Below are positions 9,074 through 18,531 of a stretch of DNA of 23,731 nt, one piece after another (within the stretch, counting starts at the first letter, position 1; each line of letters starts with the position of its first letter). A program made the translations under genes and the position numbers. The DNA is taken from contig JBCNVN010000024.1 of assembly GCA_039630055.1 (NCBI GenBank), positions 1-23,731 of the forward strand, in the 5' to 3' direction. The DNA is from Candidatus Caldarchaeales archaeon (GTDB lineage: Archaea; Thermoproteota; Nitrososphaeria_A; Caldarchaeales; Wolframiiraptoraceae). Under the pieces are notes generated by a model. That model did no database searches. It saw only the letters and a program-made list of their open reading frames with translations, and was not told the origin of the DNA.

Positions 9074-10060
9074 CTATGCACGTAGTTTAACTAATTCTCC
9101 AATCGTTTTACATGCTTCTCTGAGTGAGTAGAGCACCCTAGGTCCGAGAGGTGCACCTAGAACTATCTGCTTATAACCTATCCCAACTATCTCCTCGAGT
9201 ATCTCTCTGAGCGAGCTAGGCTGACAGACTATTACAAACCTTTTGATCACATCTATAGATAGTATGCTGTATAGCTTCAGCCAGTCAGTCTTCTTTATAG
9301 CTTCTCTAATCTCTCCTAAGACCTTTTCATTAATATCTAGATCTCTAATTAGATCTTCTGGTAGACCACAGAGTATGTATGCAGCATATGGTGCAGCGGT
9401 TTTAGAAGCTTTCTCAATATCGTTGTCGATAGATAGTGTAAGATATGCGGCTAGATCAAACTTATCCATTATTCTACTAGACTTATCTACACCCTTCTTT
9501 ACTTGAAGATGCGCCCATCTTAAGTCTTCAGGATCTGAATAGTTTACGAGTACTCCATCTCCTATCTCTCCTGCTAACTGCAGCATTCTCGGACCTTGAG
9601 CGGCAACGTATATTGGAGTATAACTTCTAGGATTGAAGTCTAATCTTCCACACATGTTATCTATGACCGCTCTCTTCTCACGTAGTATCTGCCGTATTAT
9701 TGTTACAGTCTGCCTAACCCTATCTAGAGGTTTAGACCGCTCTATCCCTATACTTTCTAGAGTTGTCTTGTCGCCTGCTCCTATAGCTATATTAACCCTA
9801 TTTGGAGCTATCTCTGTAAGAGATGCTGCTATCTGAGCTATTATGAATGGATTTATCACGTAGGGGTTTATCACTCCAACCCCTATCCATATTTTCTGAA
9901 CCCTCTTCAATAAGTAGGATGCAGTGATAAAGCTACTCCTATTATGTGGATGCTCGCTTAGCCATATCCCCGATAGACCTGATTCTTCTATGATCTTTGC
10001 TAGGAGATCGGTCTTCCATAGAGGATCCTTGGGGACGATCTCTGTTGAGAATACCGTCAT
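9074..10060 (-). CDS. mer: Mer-like F420-dependent reductase (5,10-methylene-H4MPT reductase family, LLM class)
   Basis: Colinear with Mer motifs: EIVP.DP, WLSEH..NR, GV.NPY...P, IGAGDK.TL...GI...KP, PIYVAAQGPRML..AGEIGDG.L.N.S.P, AAY..SID, G.PLGP. Substrate not established. Confidence 0.8.
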   Translation of the reverse strand: MTVFSTEIVPKDPLWKTDLLAKIIEESGLSGIWLSEHPHNRSSFITASYLLKRVQKIWIGVGVINPYVINPFIIAQIAASLTEIAPNRVNIAIGAGDKTTLESIGIERSKPLDRVRQTVTIIRQILREKRAVIDNMCGRLDFNPRSYTPIYVAAQGPRMLQLAGEIGDGVLVNYSDPEDLRWAHLQVKKGVDKSSRIMDKFDLAAYLTLSIDNDIEKASKTAAPYAAYILCGLPEDLIRDLDINEKVLGEIREAIKKTDWLKLYSILSIDVIKRFVIVCQPSSLREILEEIVGIGYKQIVLGAPLGPRVLYSLREACKTIGELVKLRA

Positions 10061-10067
10061 CTATCTA

Positions 10068-10355
10068 TCACTTCTTCCTAGATTCTTTCAAAATCTTTGC
10101 AAGCTTGCTTGGTTCTGCGAGAGATACCGCATATCCTAAATCTCTAATTGTTTGATGATCATATAGTCTCCCACTTCTATAGGCTTCAACAATCCTCCAT
10201 CCAACATCATCTGGAACATTCTCTAGATTGACTGAGGATATAAGTATGTCAAGCAGCTCTTCTACTAGTTTTCTCTTCTCTTCAATGCTTAGACCACTGA
10301 CAATCCTCAATAGTTCTTCAACGCTCATGATCTTCAATGATAAATCGTAGAGCAT
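10068..10355 (-). CDS. Small hypothetical protein, probably co-transcribed with mer
   Basis: Charged helical composition, codon style typical of this window, 7-nt gap to mer. Alternative start ATG 10328. Confidence 0.75.
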   Translation of the reverse strand: MLYDLSLKIMSVEELLRIVSGLSIEEKRKLVEELLDILISSVNLENVPDDVGWRIVEAYRSGRLYDHQTIRDLGYAVSLAEPSKLAKILKESRKK

Positions 10356-10356
10356 G

Positions 10357-10382
10357 TTTAAAAACGTGCTTTTAAATTTAAA
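10357..10382. promoter_or_regulatory. Divergent promoter region with inverted repeat TTTAAAA-N6-TTTTAAA
   Basis: TTTAAA TATA-like boxes in the short gap between two divergent genes. Confidence 0.5.
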
Positions 10383-10417
10383 TCAAACTCTCTACGGTAG
10401 ATTATTCTAGTAAGGGT

Positions 10418-11488
10418 TTGGCAGAGTATTGGCTAAAGTATGGCAATGTAGAGATTCCAGTCGAGATAGATGATGAAGTGAGAGTGGAGAAGATCTCTAT
10501 CGAGCCCAACATTAGATATGATCACAATGTGATCTCTAGGCTTATAGATGAATTAGCCGATAACAAAAGTATATCTATAGTATATGATCACTCATCATCT
10601 AAAGATCTAGAACTTCTAAGATCTTTCTTAGCAGAACTAGAGGCTAGGGGGTTCGAGGATCACCGGATCAAGCTACTAGCCTCTTCATGGAGGATCGATG
10701 GAGATACCTTAGAAGAAGTATTGGGAGAAGCCTTAAAATCTCATAGAGGTGGGATAGTATATCCTTGGAGCGAGGATAAGGTTGAGCTTAAGAATGTCAA
10801 GGTCTCTAGAAGCATCGCTGAAGCATCTAGCAGAGTAATAGTAACATCTATAATACCTCATGGAGTTATCGGCATACCATCTCTTAGAGAATCACTATTA
10901 CTCAATAAATGGATCACTGGTATAGAAGATGTCGATGCTTACAGGAGTATTCTAGAAGATGAATTAAGATTTCTTGGACTGGTTATTGGTGGAGACACCA
11001 TCTACTCTGGAGATATAGATGAGGTGGAAGAGGAGTGTAGAAGAAAAGTTGAGAAAACTTATACCGTGAAGATAGGAGATGTGGTGGAGATGGTGTTAGT
11101 TGATGCAGGCGGATGGCCATGGGATTCGACGTTAGAGAGCAGCCTACATATGGTAGGATTGGTCAGCCAGACGATTGTAGAGGGTGGTTTGATCGGTCTA
11201 GTCGCTGAATGTAGAAAGGCGCTCGGAAGTGTAAAGTTTGTCGAGGCATTATTCTCTCAAAACGCTAGTGGAGATACTCTAAGCGAGAAGATCTTGAAGA
11301 TGGTTAGAGAGTTGGCAGAGGTAAAGAAGCTGGCCTTAGTTACAACCATTCCAAGATCTGTTTTAGATAAGACACTAAATGCCAGAGGATTCGACACACC
11401 TCAAGAACTCTTAACATATGGTTTCAGAATGTATAGTAAGCAAGCAAAGGTTAGAATAGTTAGTGGATATGTAAAGCTAACGAGATAA
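10418..11488 (+). CDS. Degenerate LarA/DUF2088 (lactate racemase-like) protein
   Basis: N-terminal L.YG...I. The C-terminal GGWPWD.TL...GG.I.LVAEC..ALGS matches the LarA GGYP.D..L...GG.IILVAEC..G.G block. N-domain catalytic motifs are lost. TTG start. Confidence 0.72.
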   Translation: MAEYWLKYGNVEIPVEIDDEVRVEKISIEPNIRYDHNVISRLIDELADNKSISIVYDHSSSKDLELLRSFLAELEARGFEDHRIKLLASSWRIDGDTLEEVLGEALKSHRGGIVYPWSEDKVELKNVKVSRSIAEASSRVIVTSIIPHGVIGIPSLRESLLLNKWITGIEDVDAYRSILEDELRFLGLVIGGDTIYSGDIDEVEEECRRKVEKTYTVKIGDVVEMVLVDAGGWPWDSTLESSLHMVGLVSQTIVEGGLIGLVAECRKALGSVKFVEALFSQNASGDTLSEKILKMVRELAEVKKLALVTTIPRSVLDKTLNARGFDTPQELLTYGFRMYSKQAKVRIVSGYVKLTR

Positions 11489-11774
11489 GCTAGCACAGCT
11501 AAAAGATGGTGGAAAATATTTTTAGATCTGAACCGAAGCTTATGATTGGAGATAAATGTTCACAGGGTTTGAACGCTTTAAACAGATTCACAATCCTAGT
11601 CGATAAAAGGATTAGGGATGGATCGGCCGTATGGGAAGGTCTTGATCATCTTTAAATTTTTTGAAAGATGGATTAAATAGTTAGAAACGTAAATTTCTTC
11701 TCTAGACTTTGAGATATTAAAAATTGAAAGATATTTAAACTGGTTTGGTGGCGATCGACCAAGTTACAGACATC

Positions 11775-12875
11775 TTATAATATTCTTAATGGTATGAAGG
11801 TTAGTATGATGATTAATATGACTAGTCCTACGGCGAGTTTTCGACCTTTAGATAGTGGCGAGACTTGGTCTAGTGGAGCAATATCTGGAGTTCTAGGCAT
11901 CATCAATAGTATGAGAAGAGCGAAGAAGAAGTATCCAGTAACTGCGAGTATAGCTACAGTTACATATCCAGCGATCTTATGCTGTCTCCTACTTAGAAAG
12001 CTTCTAAAGATCCTTCCACCATCCAGTTGCCATGCAGGGAAAAGGTTTAAAGCAGTTACCAGCATTCCAAGCCATGCAGCGAAGCCGACTATCGTGAAGA
12101 GTGGAACCATATCAGGTCTACCAAACAATGGTCTTACAAGATAGAATATCAGTGGAGATGGTAGGAGTACTCCACCACCTCTCTCAACGCTCTCCACTAT
12201 ACTGGAGTATTCTGTTATTGGAACCCATCTGGCCATGCTGAAGGATGCGAAGAGGACGCCTATACTTACCAAGAAGCCTGCTATAGGTCCACTCACACCT
12301 ATATCGAACATATCATCTCTATTTATTATCGGGCTTTTCTGGAAGATTACCGCACCGAATGTTGGGAGCATGGTTGGTATTCCTGGAATAAAGTATGGTG
12401 GGCTAGACTCTACATAGTCTATCCTAGCGGAGATCTTGTGACCGAGCTCATGTATCCCGATTATAGCGAGGAGAGCTATCGTAAATATGAATCCATCTAG
12501 TATCTTATCTATCAGCCCAGTCTTACCTGTTATAATCTCATAGACAGATGTAGATGATCTTAGGTATCCATCTATACTTACGGTGCCTAGTGTCGCTATA
12601 AATAGGAACAAGGGTAGCATTCTAGAGCGGGGTATAGGTAGCTCAACTCTGGGTCTAGGAAATATCCGGATAACTATTACATTATCTTCTCTTACAGCTG
12701 TCGGGACTAGATTGTAATCTTTCAGATCTCTATAAAGACTTCTAAACTTCTCTTTAATATCTTCATCATATACTTTAAATGTTAGGATTCCTGCATCATA
12801 GTAGACATCAGCGATAATGAAGTATCTACTGATCACGGTCTTGACAGTTTCAGAATCATCTACATAAGTTACCAA
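11775..12875 (-). CDS. Site-2 protease, M50 family membrane metalloprotease
   Basis: HELGH zinc motif, PYFIP, TFGA.I, DIGVSGP and LNLFPAWQLDGG. TTG start. Confidence 0.94.
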   Translation of the reverse strand: MVTYVDDSETVKTVISRYFIIADVYYDAGILTFKVYDEDIKEKFRSLYRDLKDYNLVPTAVREDNVIVIRIFPRPRVELPIPRSRMLPLFLFIATLGTVSIDGYLRSSTSVYEIITGKTGLIDKILDGFIFTIALLAIIGIHELGHKISARIDYVESSPPYFIPGIPTMLPTFGAVIFQKSPIINRDDMFDIGVSGPIAGFLVSIGVLFASFSMARWVPITEYSSIVESVERGGGVLLPSPLIFYLVRPLFGRPDMVPLFTIVGFAAWLGMLVTALNLFPAWQLDGGRIFRSFLSRRQHKIAGYVTVAILAVTGYFFFALLILLMMPRTPDIAPLDQVSPLSKGRKLAVGLVILIIILTFIPLRIL

Positions 12876-12949
12876 AGCTGATAACCTATAGACTATATTT
12901 TAAACTTCAATTTTAAGTCTTTCTATTCTACTGTTATTAAGTTAATAAG

Positions 12950-13543
12950 ATGATCCCAGAAAGTAGTCTTAACCATATCTATCATGATGAGATAAGATTT
13001 ATGCCTAAGAATTGTCCGATCGTTTTTGGGTTGATAGGATTAGAGTTAGGTTCAGGCAACTATTTCGTGGTTAGAGAAGCTTCTGAAGAAGATCTTCTAG
13101 CAGTCATTAACATTAACCGTATATGTCTTCCAGAAAACTATACCTATAGCTTTTTCGAGACTATTCTAAGACTTTATCCTAAGAGCTTTCTAGTAGCTGA
13201 AGTAGATGGGAAGATCGCTGGATACATTATGTGTAGAGTTGAGAGGATATTTTCGAAATTTCAGAAGTTGAGGATAGTTAAGGCTGGTCATGTTATCTCT
13301 ATTGCGGTTCTACCCGAATATAGGAGGATGGGCATAGCAACCTCGGTGATCAAGAATGCTATGAAGATTCTAAGAGAAGAATATGGTTGTAGTGAGATCT
13401 TCCTAGAAGTGAGAATCTCGAATACTCCTGCAATAAACCTCTATGAGAAGCTTGGCTTCATAAAGGTCGATAGAATAAAAGGATACTATATGGATGGGGA
13501 GGATGCCTACCTGATGGCTAAGGAGCTAACTTTTATAGAATAA
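12950..13543 (+). CDS. Ard1/RimI-like N-terminal protein acetyltransferase
   Basis: INRICLPENY, GYIMCRVE, GHVISIAV..EYRRMGIA, LEVRISN.PAI.LYEKLGF, YY.DGEDA. The true start is probably downstream (13001 or 13031). Confidence 0.92.
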   Translation: MIPESSLNHIYHDEIRFMPKNCPIVFGLIGLELGSGNYFVVREASEEDLLAVININRICLPENYTYSFFETILRLYPKSFLVAEVDGKIAGYIMCRVERIFSKFQKLRIVKAGHVISIAVLPEYRRMGIATSVIKNAMKILREEYGCSEIFLEVRISNTPAINLYEKLGFIKVDRIKGYYMDGEDAYLMAKELTFIE

Positions 13544-13630
13544 TCCATAGATATAGACTAAACCTATCTCGATCTCATCTATAATGGGAAGAGGCCTATA
13601 CTTTTATATTAGTTCATTCTTTATAGAGGC

Positions 13631-13915
13631 GTGCCTGTAAAAAGGAAGAGTAGAGGAAGACATAAAGGCGATAAAGGAAGTGAAAGCGTAGTTCAATGCG
13701 ATAACTGTGGAGCTCTAGTTCCAAGAAGTAAGATTCAGAGGGTTACGGTGAGGTCTTCGCTGGTTAAAGGAGAGCTAGCTAGAGAGCTTAAACAGATGGG
13801 AGCATATATTGCAGAGAACGTTATAGTAAAGAATCTATGTATAAGCTGTGCGATCCATTATGGGATATTGAAGGTTAGAGCTAGAGAAGAAAGAAAACCC
13901 AAACATTTCATATAG
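13631..13915 (+). CDS. rps26e: 30S ribosomal protein eS26
   Basis: MP.KRKSRGR.KG, VQCDNCG..VPR.K, LCISCAIHYGI.KVR. GTG start with TTTTATAT about 22 nt upstream, suggesting a leaderless mRNA. Confidence 0.96.
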   Translation: MPVKRKSRGRHKGDKGSESVVQCDNCGALVPRSKIQRVTVRSSLVKGELARELKQMGAYIAENVIVKNLCISCAIHYGILKVRAREERKPKHFI

Positions 13916-13994
13916 AGAGATCTGGTAAGATCTTATCAACAGTATTTTCAGAGAAATATTTAGATGTATAAAGCTCTATAGAGTATTGACAGCA

Positions 13995-14006
13995 ACATTA
14001 TAATGT
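13995..14006. promoter_or_regulatory. Perfect palindrome ACATTATAATGT upstream of thyX (TATA box and/or operator)
   Basis: 12-bp palindrome lying 31-42 nt upstream of ATG 14037. Confidence 0.5.
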
Positions 14007-14036
14007 GCTAATGAATGATCTTCTATAGATAAGTGA

Positions 14037-15458
14037 ATGTTCAAGATAGATGATGTAGATATCAATCTTATAAGCTATGGTCCATCGATGAGTATCAGAG
14101 GATCAGATATCGGTCCAGACATCTTGATAGCTCTTGAAGGTCTAGGAACTTTTAAAGGTATAACAATAGAAGAAAGATTGGAAGAACTTCTTGAAAAAGG
14201 GAAGGATCTAAGAGACGTTGCCTCGAGTATACATAGAGAGTCCACTAGGAGAGGTCATGCCTCATTAACAACATCTCTAATACTTCAGTTTGAAATATCT
14301 AGATGTAGTAGAGCTTCAACCCTTCTATTGGCTGCCGCTCCTTTCGGGTCTTATCTACAAGAATCTCAGAGGAGGAGACAGATAAGTAGAGAAGACTTCA
14401 TGATTCCTCCAAAAATAAACAATATAGATACTCTTTCAAGAAGATATTCAAGGGCTATTATGGATGTGTGGAGTTCTTATAGAAACTTGATAGATAGAGA
14501 TGTACCTTTAGAAGATGCACGCTATATCCTACCTCTTGCTTCCAAGACATCTATATTTGTAACTGGAAGTCTCGAGAACTTTACATGGCTGATATATTCT
14601 TCTAGGTTTAGGGATGAAAAATTTTTTCCTAGAGAGTTGAAGAGGATAGGCATACTAATTGGGGAAACTGCTTTGAAGGTATCTCCCAAGCTTACTTCTG
14701 CACGCTTATCATTTAAACCTCTAGCCTTCTCCTACCCATACCCAGACCCTTACAAGCCTAGCGACATAATATTAGAGAAGATTATTGAAAGATTTGGTGA
14801 AATAGATCAACCACTATTATTAGAGTTTAGTCTACCAGATTTTCTAGAAGAACACTTAGAAAAGATACTAAGAGACCATGATAGTGCCCGTTCCCTAAAC
14901 TCTCTAGTATATGCTGTAGCTCTCGAACCGCTCTCTCTAGCTGCATACCATCAATCGATAAGACATAGGACTGTTCCTACATCTGTTGAATCAATCTACA
15001 AAGCATTGGAGAGAGCTGAGAAAGATCTAAGGAAGAATATCATTATTCCACCATCCATTAAGAGCAGAGAAGATAGTGCTAGGATATTTTATGAATCGAC
15101 CTCAATGCTATTGGAAGCCTATCTAGAATTTTTAGATGAGGGTATAGATCCCTCGGAGGCCGTATATCTCTGCCCACAATCGGTAAAGATACACGTCATT
15201 AGAATGTATAATGCGTTTAACCTATTCTGGCCTCAGGGGTTTGTAGCCACGAGAACATGTAGTTATGCACAATGGGAGGAGAGGATGATAGCCTATAGTA
15301 TCTGGAGAAGCATCGAGAAAAAGTCTCCGGCGGTGGGTAAGCTGATGGGTGAGAAATGCAAGCATCTAGGATATTGTCCAGAGAGAGAGTGGTGTCCAAT
15401 AATAAAGAGATATTTTCCAGATTATGATGATTTGCAGCATCTAAAATCTATGGAGTGA
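14037..15458 (+). CDS. thyX: Tandem-domain flavin-dependent thymidylate synthase (ThyX-like)
   Basis: About twice the normal ThyX length. Domain 1: GHASL, SRA, QESQR, EDARYILP. Domain 2: HQSIRHRTVPTSVES (RHRx7S), EAVYLCP, RTCSYAQWEER, C-terminal C...GYCPE...C. Confidence 0.82.
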   Translation: MFKIDDVDINLISYGPSMSIRGSDIGPDILIALEGLGTFKGITIEERLEELLEKGKDLRDVASSIHRESTRRGHASLTTSLILQFEISRCSRASTLLLAAAPFGSYLQESQRRRQISREDFMIPPKINNIDTLSRRYSRAIMDVWSSYRNLIDRDVPLEDARYILPLASKTSIFVTGSLENFTWLIYSSRFRDEKFFPRELKRIGILIGETALKVSPKLTSARLSFKPLAFSYPYPDPYKPSDIILEKIIERFGEIDQPLLLEFSLPDFLEEHLEKILRDHDSARSLNSLVYAVALEPLSLAAYHQSIRHRTVPTSVESIYKALERAEKDLRKNIIIPPSIKSREDSARIFYESTSMLLEAYLEFLDEGIDPSEAVYLCPQSVKIHVIRMYNAFNLFWPQGFVATRTCSYAQWEERMIAYSIWRSIEKKSPAVGKLMGEKCKHLGYCPEREWCPIIKRYFPDYDDLQHLKSME

Positions 15459-15478
15459 TGATCTTAAAGGTTGACTGA
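15424..15478 (+). ncRNA. Candidate box C/D sRNA overlapping the thyX 3' end
   Basis: ATGATGA (C, 15424-30), 10 nt, CTAA (D'-like, 15441-44), GTGATGA (C', 15455-61), 13 nt, CTGA (D, 15475-78); 55 nt in total. Confidence 0.5.
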
Positions 15479-15492
15479 TTCCATAGGTTATT

Positions 15493-16290
15493 CTACTCTA
15501 ACGATACTTTCTCTCTAATCTTGGCGTCCTCGAGTCTTATAGCCATAGGGGTTACACCATAGAATCTACATGAGAAGACGGTCTTCAACCTGCCATCAAA
15601 TAGCTCACCATAACCTTCAGGCTGAGGTTCATGTGCTCTAATCAACATCTCTAGATTGTTCTTCTCCATGAATTGGCTAAAAGCCCTCCATCCATATAGT
15701 TTTGCTCCTCCACCTCTCCAGCTGGGAGCGAACCATTCGACGTCTTCTGATGGATCATTCCATAATATTTGGAAGGCTATGTTATCATGTGGGTCGAGTT
15801 CACCCTTAGGAATATTTTTTATCTGGTCTATACTCTCCAGACCTTCAGCTAATCCACCATGTACTGCTAAGACCTTCTTATGGATTATTGCAGCGTAAGG
15901 TAGGTTAGAGAACAGTTCTGCGAAGTGATGGTATAGCTCTACACCGAATCTAGAATAGATCAACTCCATAAATCCATACCATCTATTCATATCCACTGTC
16001 TCATGATTTCCTCTCAAGAGTATTAGATCGTCTCTCCAGCTAAGCTTGTATTCTAGCAATCTAACAATATTCTCTAACTGTTTTGGCCCTCTATCAACAT
16101 AGTCTCCTAGGAAGAGTAGTTTAAGCCCTTCCCTCTCAGCATATCTCAATGCTTTTAGAGTGGTCTCCTCATCTCCATGGGTATCTCCAATTATCAGAAA
16201 CTTTCCTATGTTGTGGGTTATGAGCTGAGGCTCCTTCTCAAATACGGGTTTGAGAGACTCGATCAATCTCTTGATCTCTGCTTCATCCAT
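15493..16290 (-). CDS. PPP-family Ser/Thr protein phosphatase
   Basis: GDTHG, GDYVDRG, RGNHE, HGG, LWNDP, RG, IRAHE and TVFS motifs. Confidence 0.93.
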   Translation of the reverse strand: MDEAEIKRLIESLKPVFEKEPQLITHNIGKFLIIGDTHGDEETTLKALRYAEREGLKLLFLGDYVDRGPKQLENIVRLLEYKLSWRDDLILLRGNHETVDMNRWYGFMELIYSRFGVELYHHFAELFSNLPYAAIIHKKVLAVHGGLAEGLESIDQIKNIPKGELDPHDNIAFQILWNDPSEDVEWFAPSWRGGGAKLYGWRAFSQFMEKNNLEMLIRAHEPQPEGYGELFDGRLKTVFSCRFYGVTPMAIRLEDAKIREKVSLE

Positions 16291-16411
16291 TCTCTTTCTA
16301 GGTGGAGTTAGATGTTCTCTCTAATCAATCTATTCTAGCTACAATGCTTGGGATGATAGGGGAGATGTAGTCATTATGCTGCCGATCATGCTTCTAGATT
16401 CTTTACCGTGA

Positions 16412-17290
16412 TCATTTCTTTAGAGCTTTCTTAATCAGTTCAGGTATCTGGGATGGTAGCTCGGCAACTTCTATTCCAGCTTCTTTAAACGCTCTAATCT
16501 TGCTGGCCGCATCTCCAACCCCCATAGATATTATCGCACCTGCATGCCCCATCCTCTTTCCAGGTGGAGCTGTTCTACCAGCTACATATGCTACTACAGG
16601 CTTCTCATATCCTTCATCTACTATATATTTTGCAGCTCTCTCCTCCATGTCTCCACCTATCTCACCTATCAAGACTACAGCATCCGTTCCACTATCTTCT
16701 CTAAACAACTCTAATGCATCTATGAACATTGTTCCTGGAACCGGGTCTCCCCCTATACCTATAGATGTACTCTGACCTATACCCGCCTTAGTCATCGCGT
16801 AAGCTATCTCATAGGTTAAAGTACCGCTCCGTGAGACGATCCCAACCCTTCCCTTTGAGAATACATGCCCAGGCATTATGCCGACTTTTGATTCTCCTGG
16901 TGAGATTACTCCAGGACAGTTTGGGCCGATGATTACCGTCCCGTTAAGCTTAGCATATCTGATAAACTTCATAGCTTCGTGGACTGGTATCCCTTCAGTT
17001 ATCACGACGGCTAATTCTATTCCTGCTTCTACAGCTTCATAGACTGCATCGGATGCATATCTAGCTGGAACAAAGATGATCGATGTATCTATCTCAGGGT
17101 GCATTCTAACTGCTTCGAGAACACTATCATATACTGGTACTCCTTCAACGGTTAATCCACCTTTCCCCGGAGTAACACCTGCAATTATCTTTGTACCATA
17201 ATTGAGCATGGCCCTTGTATGGAAGCTTCCCTCTCTACCAGTTATCCCCTGGACAACCACTCTCGTCTCATGATCTATCAGTACGGTCAT
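16412..17290 (-). CDS. sucD: Succinyl-CoA synthetase alpha subunit
   Basis: [33 protein letters not shown] and RMGHAGA (phospho-His). Confidence 0.97.
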   Translation of the reverse strand: MTVLIDHETRVVVQGITGREGSFHTRAMLNYGTKIIAGVTPGKGGLTVEGVPVYDSVLEAVRMHPEIDTSIIFVPARYASDAVYEAVEAGIELAVVITEGIPVHEAMKFIRYAKLNGTVIIGPNCPGVISPGESKVGIMPGHVFSKGRVGIVSRSGTLTYEIAYAMTKAGIGQSTSIGIGGDPVPGTMFIDALELFREDSGTDAVVLIGEIGGDMEERAAKYIVDEGYEKPVVAYVAGRTAPPGKRMGHAGAIISMGVGDAASKIRAFKEAGIEVAELPSQIPELIKKALKK

Positions 17291-18420
17291 ATTCTTCCAC
17301 CCAGCTCTACCGCTTTTCTAGCAGCCTCATCCATCTCTTCTAGAACATATATATCATTCTCTTCCAGTATTCTTTTACCTTCTTCCTCATTCGTTCCCTT
17401 AAGCCTTACAACCATCTTCTTCTTTACATTCATCTTTTTAACTGCTTCAACTATTCCACGTGCAACCTCATCGCATCTCGTTATTCCTCCAAGTATATTG
17501 ATAAACAATATCTCTGTTCTTGGATGCTTTAGTAGTAGGCTTACAGCTCGTTCAACAAGCTCTGCCCTGGCACCGCCTCCTATGTCTAAGAAGTTGGCAG
17601 GCTTCCCTCCAAGTATGTAGACCGAGTCCATCGTGGCCATGGTCAGCCCAGCACCATTGCAAAGTATTCCAATATTTCCATCCAATTCTACATAGCTAAA
17701 GTTCATCTTCTTCGCCTCTGCTTCATAATAGCTCAGATCTCTAATGAATCCTTCTGAGAGCTCCGGATACTTATAGAGAGCATTATCGTCTATTATCATC
17801 TTTGCATCAACGGCCGCTAGGTCACCTTCAGAGGTTAGGGCCAGAGGATTTATCTCAGCCAGCTCACAGCTATACTTTTCAAAGACTCTATATAGGTCGA
17901 TTACTATCTGCTGAGCTCTCTTAGAAACTTGCTCTCTTAGCTCCAAGAATCTCGCAGCTTCTCTTGCATGGTGATCTCTTATCCCTGCCAATGGATCTAT
18001 GAAGGTCTTTAGGATCTTCTCAGGCTTGGTCTTCGCAAGCTCTTCGATGTCGACTCCACCTTCAGGAGAGGAAAGGATTACCGGTGCACCTATACTTCTA
18101 TCTATTATAATACTTAGATAGAGTTCTCTATCGATATTCACCGCCTTCGAGATCAAGACCTTCTTAACGATCTCACCTTTAATCTCAGAGCCGAGCATCT
18201 GCTTAGCATATCTATATGCTTCCTCAGGGTTATCTGCAAGCTTGACCCCTCCCGCTTTTCCTCTACCAGCGACCAAGACTTGGGCTTTAACAACTAGTCT
18301 ACCACCTATCTCTTCTGCTGCCTTAAGAGCATCCTCAGCATTAGATACTACTCTAAAATCGGGTACCGGTATACCTTCTTCACGAAAAATGTTTTTAGCT
18401 TCATACTCATATAGTTTCAT
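17287..18420 (-). CDS. sucC: Succinyl-CoA synthetase beta subunit
   Basis: [58 protein letters not shown] overlap with sucD. Confidence 0.97.
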   Translation of the reverse strand: MKLYEYEAKNIFREEGIPVPDFRVVSNAEDALKAAEEIGGRLVVKAQVLVAGRGKAGGVKLADNPEEAYRYAKQMLGSEIKGEIVKKVLISKAVNIDRELYLSIIIDRSIGAPVILSSPEGGVDIEELAKTKPEKILKTFIDPLAGIRDHHAREAARFLELREQVSKRAQQIVIDLYRVFEKYSCELAEINPLALTSEGDLAAVDAKMIIDDNALYKYPELSEGFIRDLSYYEAEAKKMNFSYVELDGNIGILCNGAGLTMATMDSVYILGGKPANFLDIGGGARAELVERAVSLLLKHPRTEILFINILGGITRCDEVARGIVEAVKKMNVKKKMVVRLKGTNEEEGKRILEENDIYVLEEMDEAARKAVELGGRI

Positions 18421-18531
18421 GAGTTTAAGATGTATGAGCCAGGTATTGAATTTTTAACATGACGTAACTATACAGAGTGAAGAATAATAGGTAAGTAGAA
18501 ATATATCCATATTAAATCACTTCATGGTGCG

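Noticed and set aside
12722-12769. Minus-strand ATGATGA...CTGA inside the protease gene
   Set aside because: Mid-CDS with no internal C'/D' boxes; explained by the codons.
12984-13034. Second possible C/D sRNA (ATGATGA...CTAA...TTGA) in the doubtful ard1 N-terminal extension
   Set aside because: Only box C is canonical; there is no convincing C' or CTGA box D.
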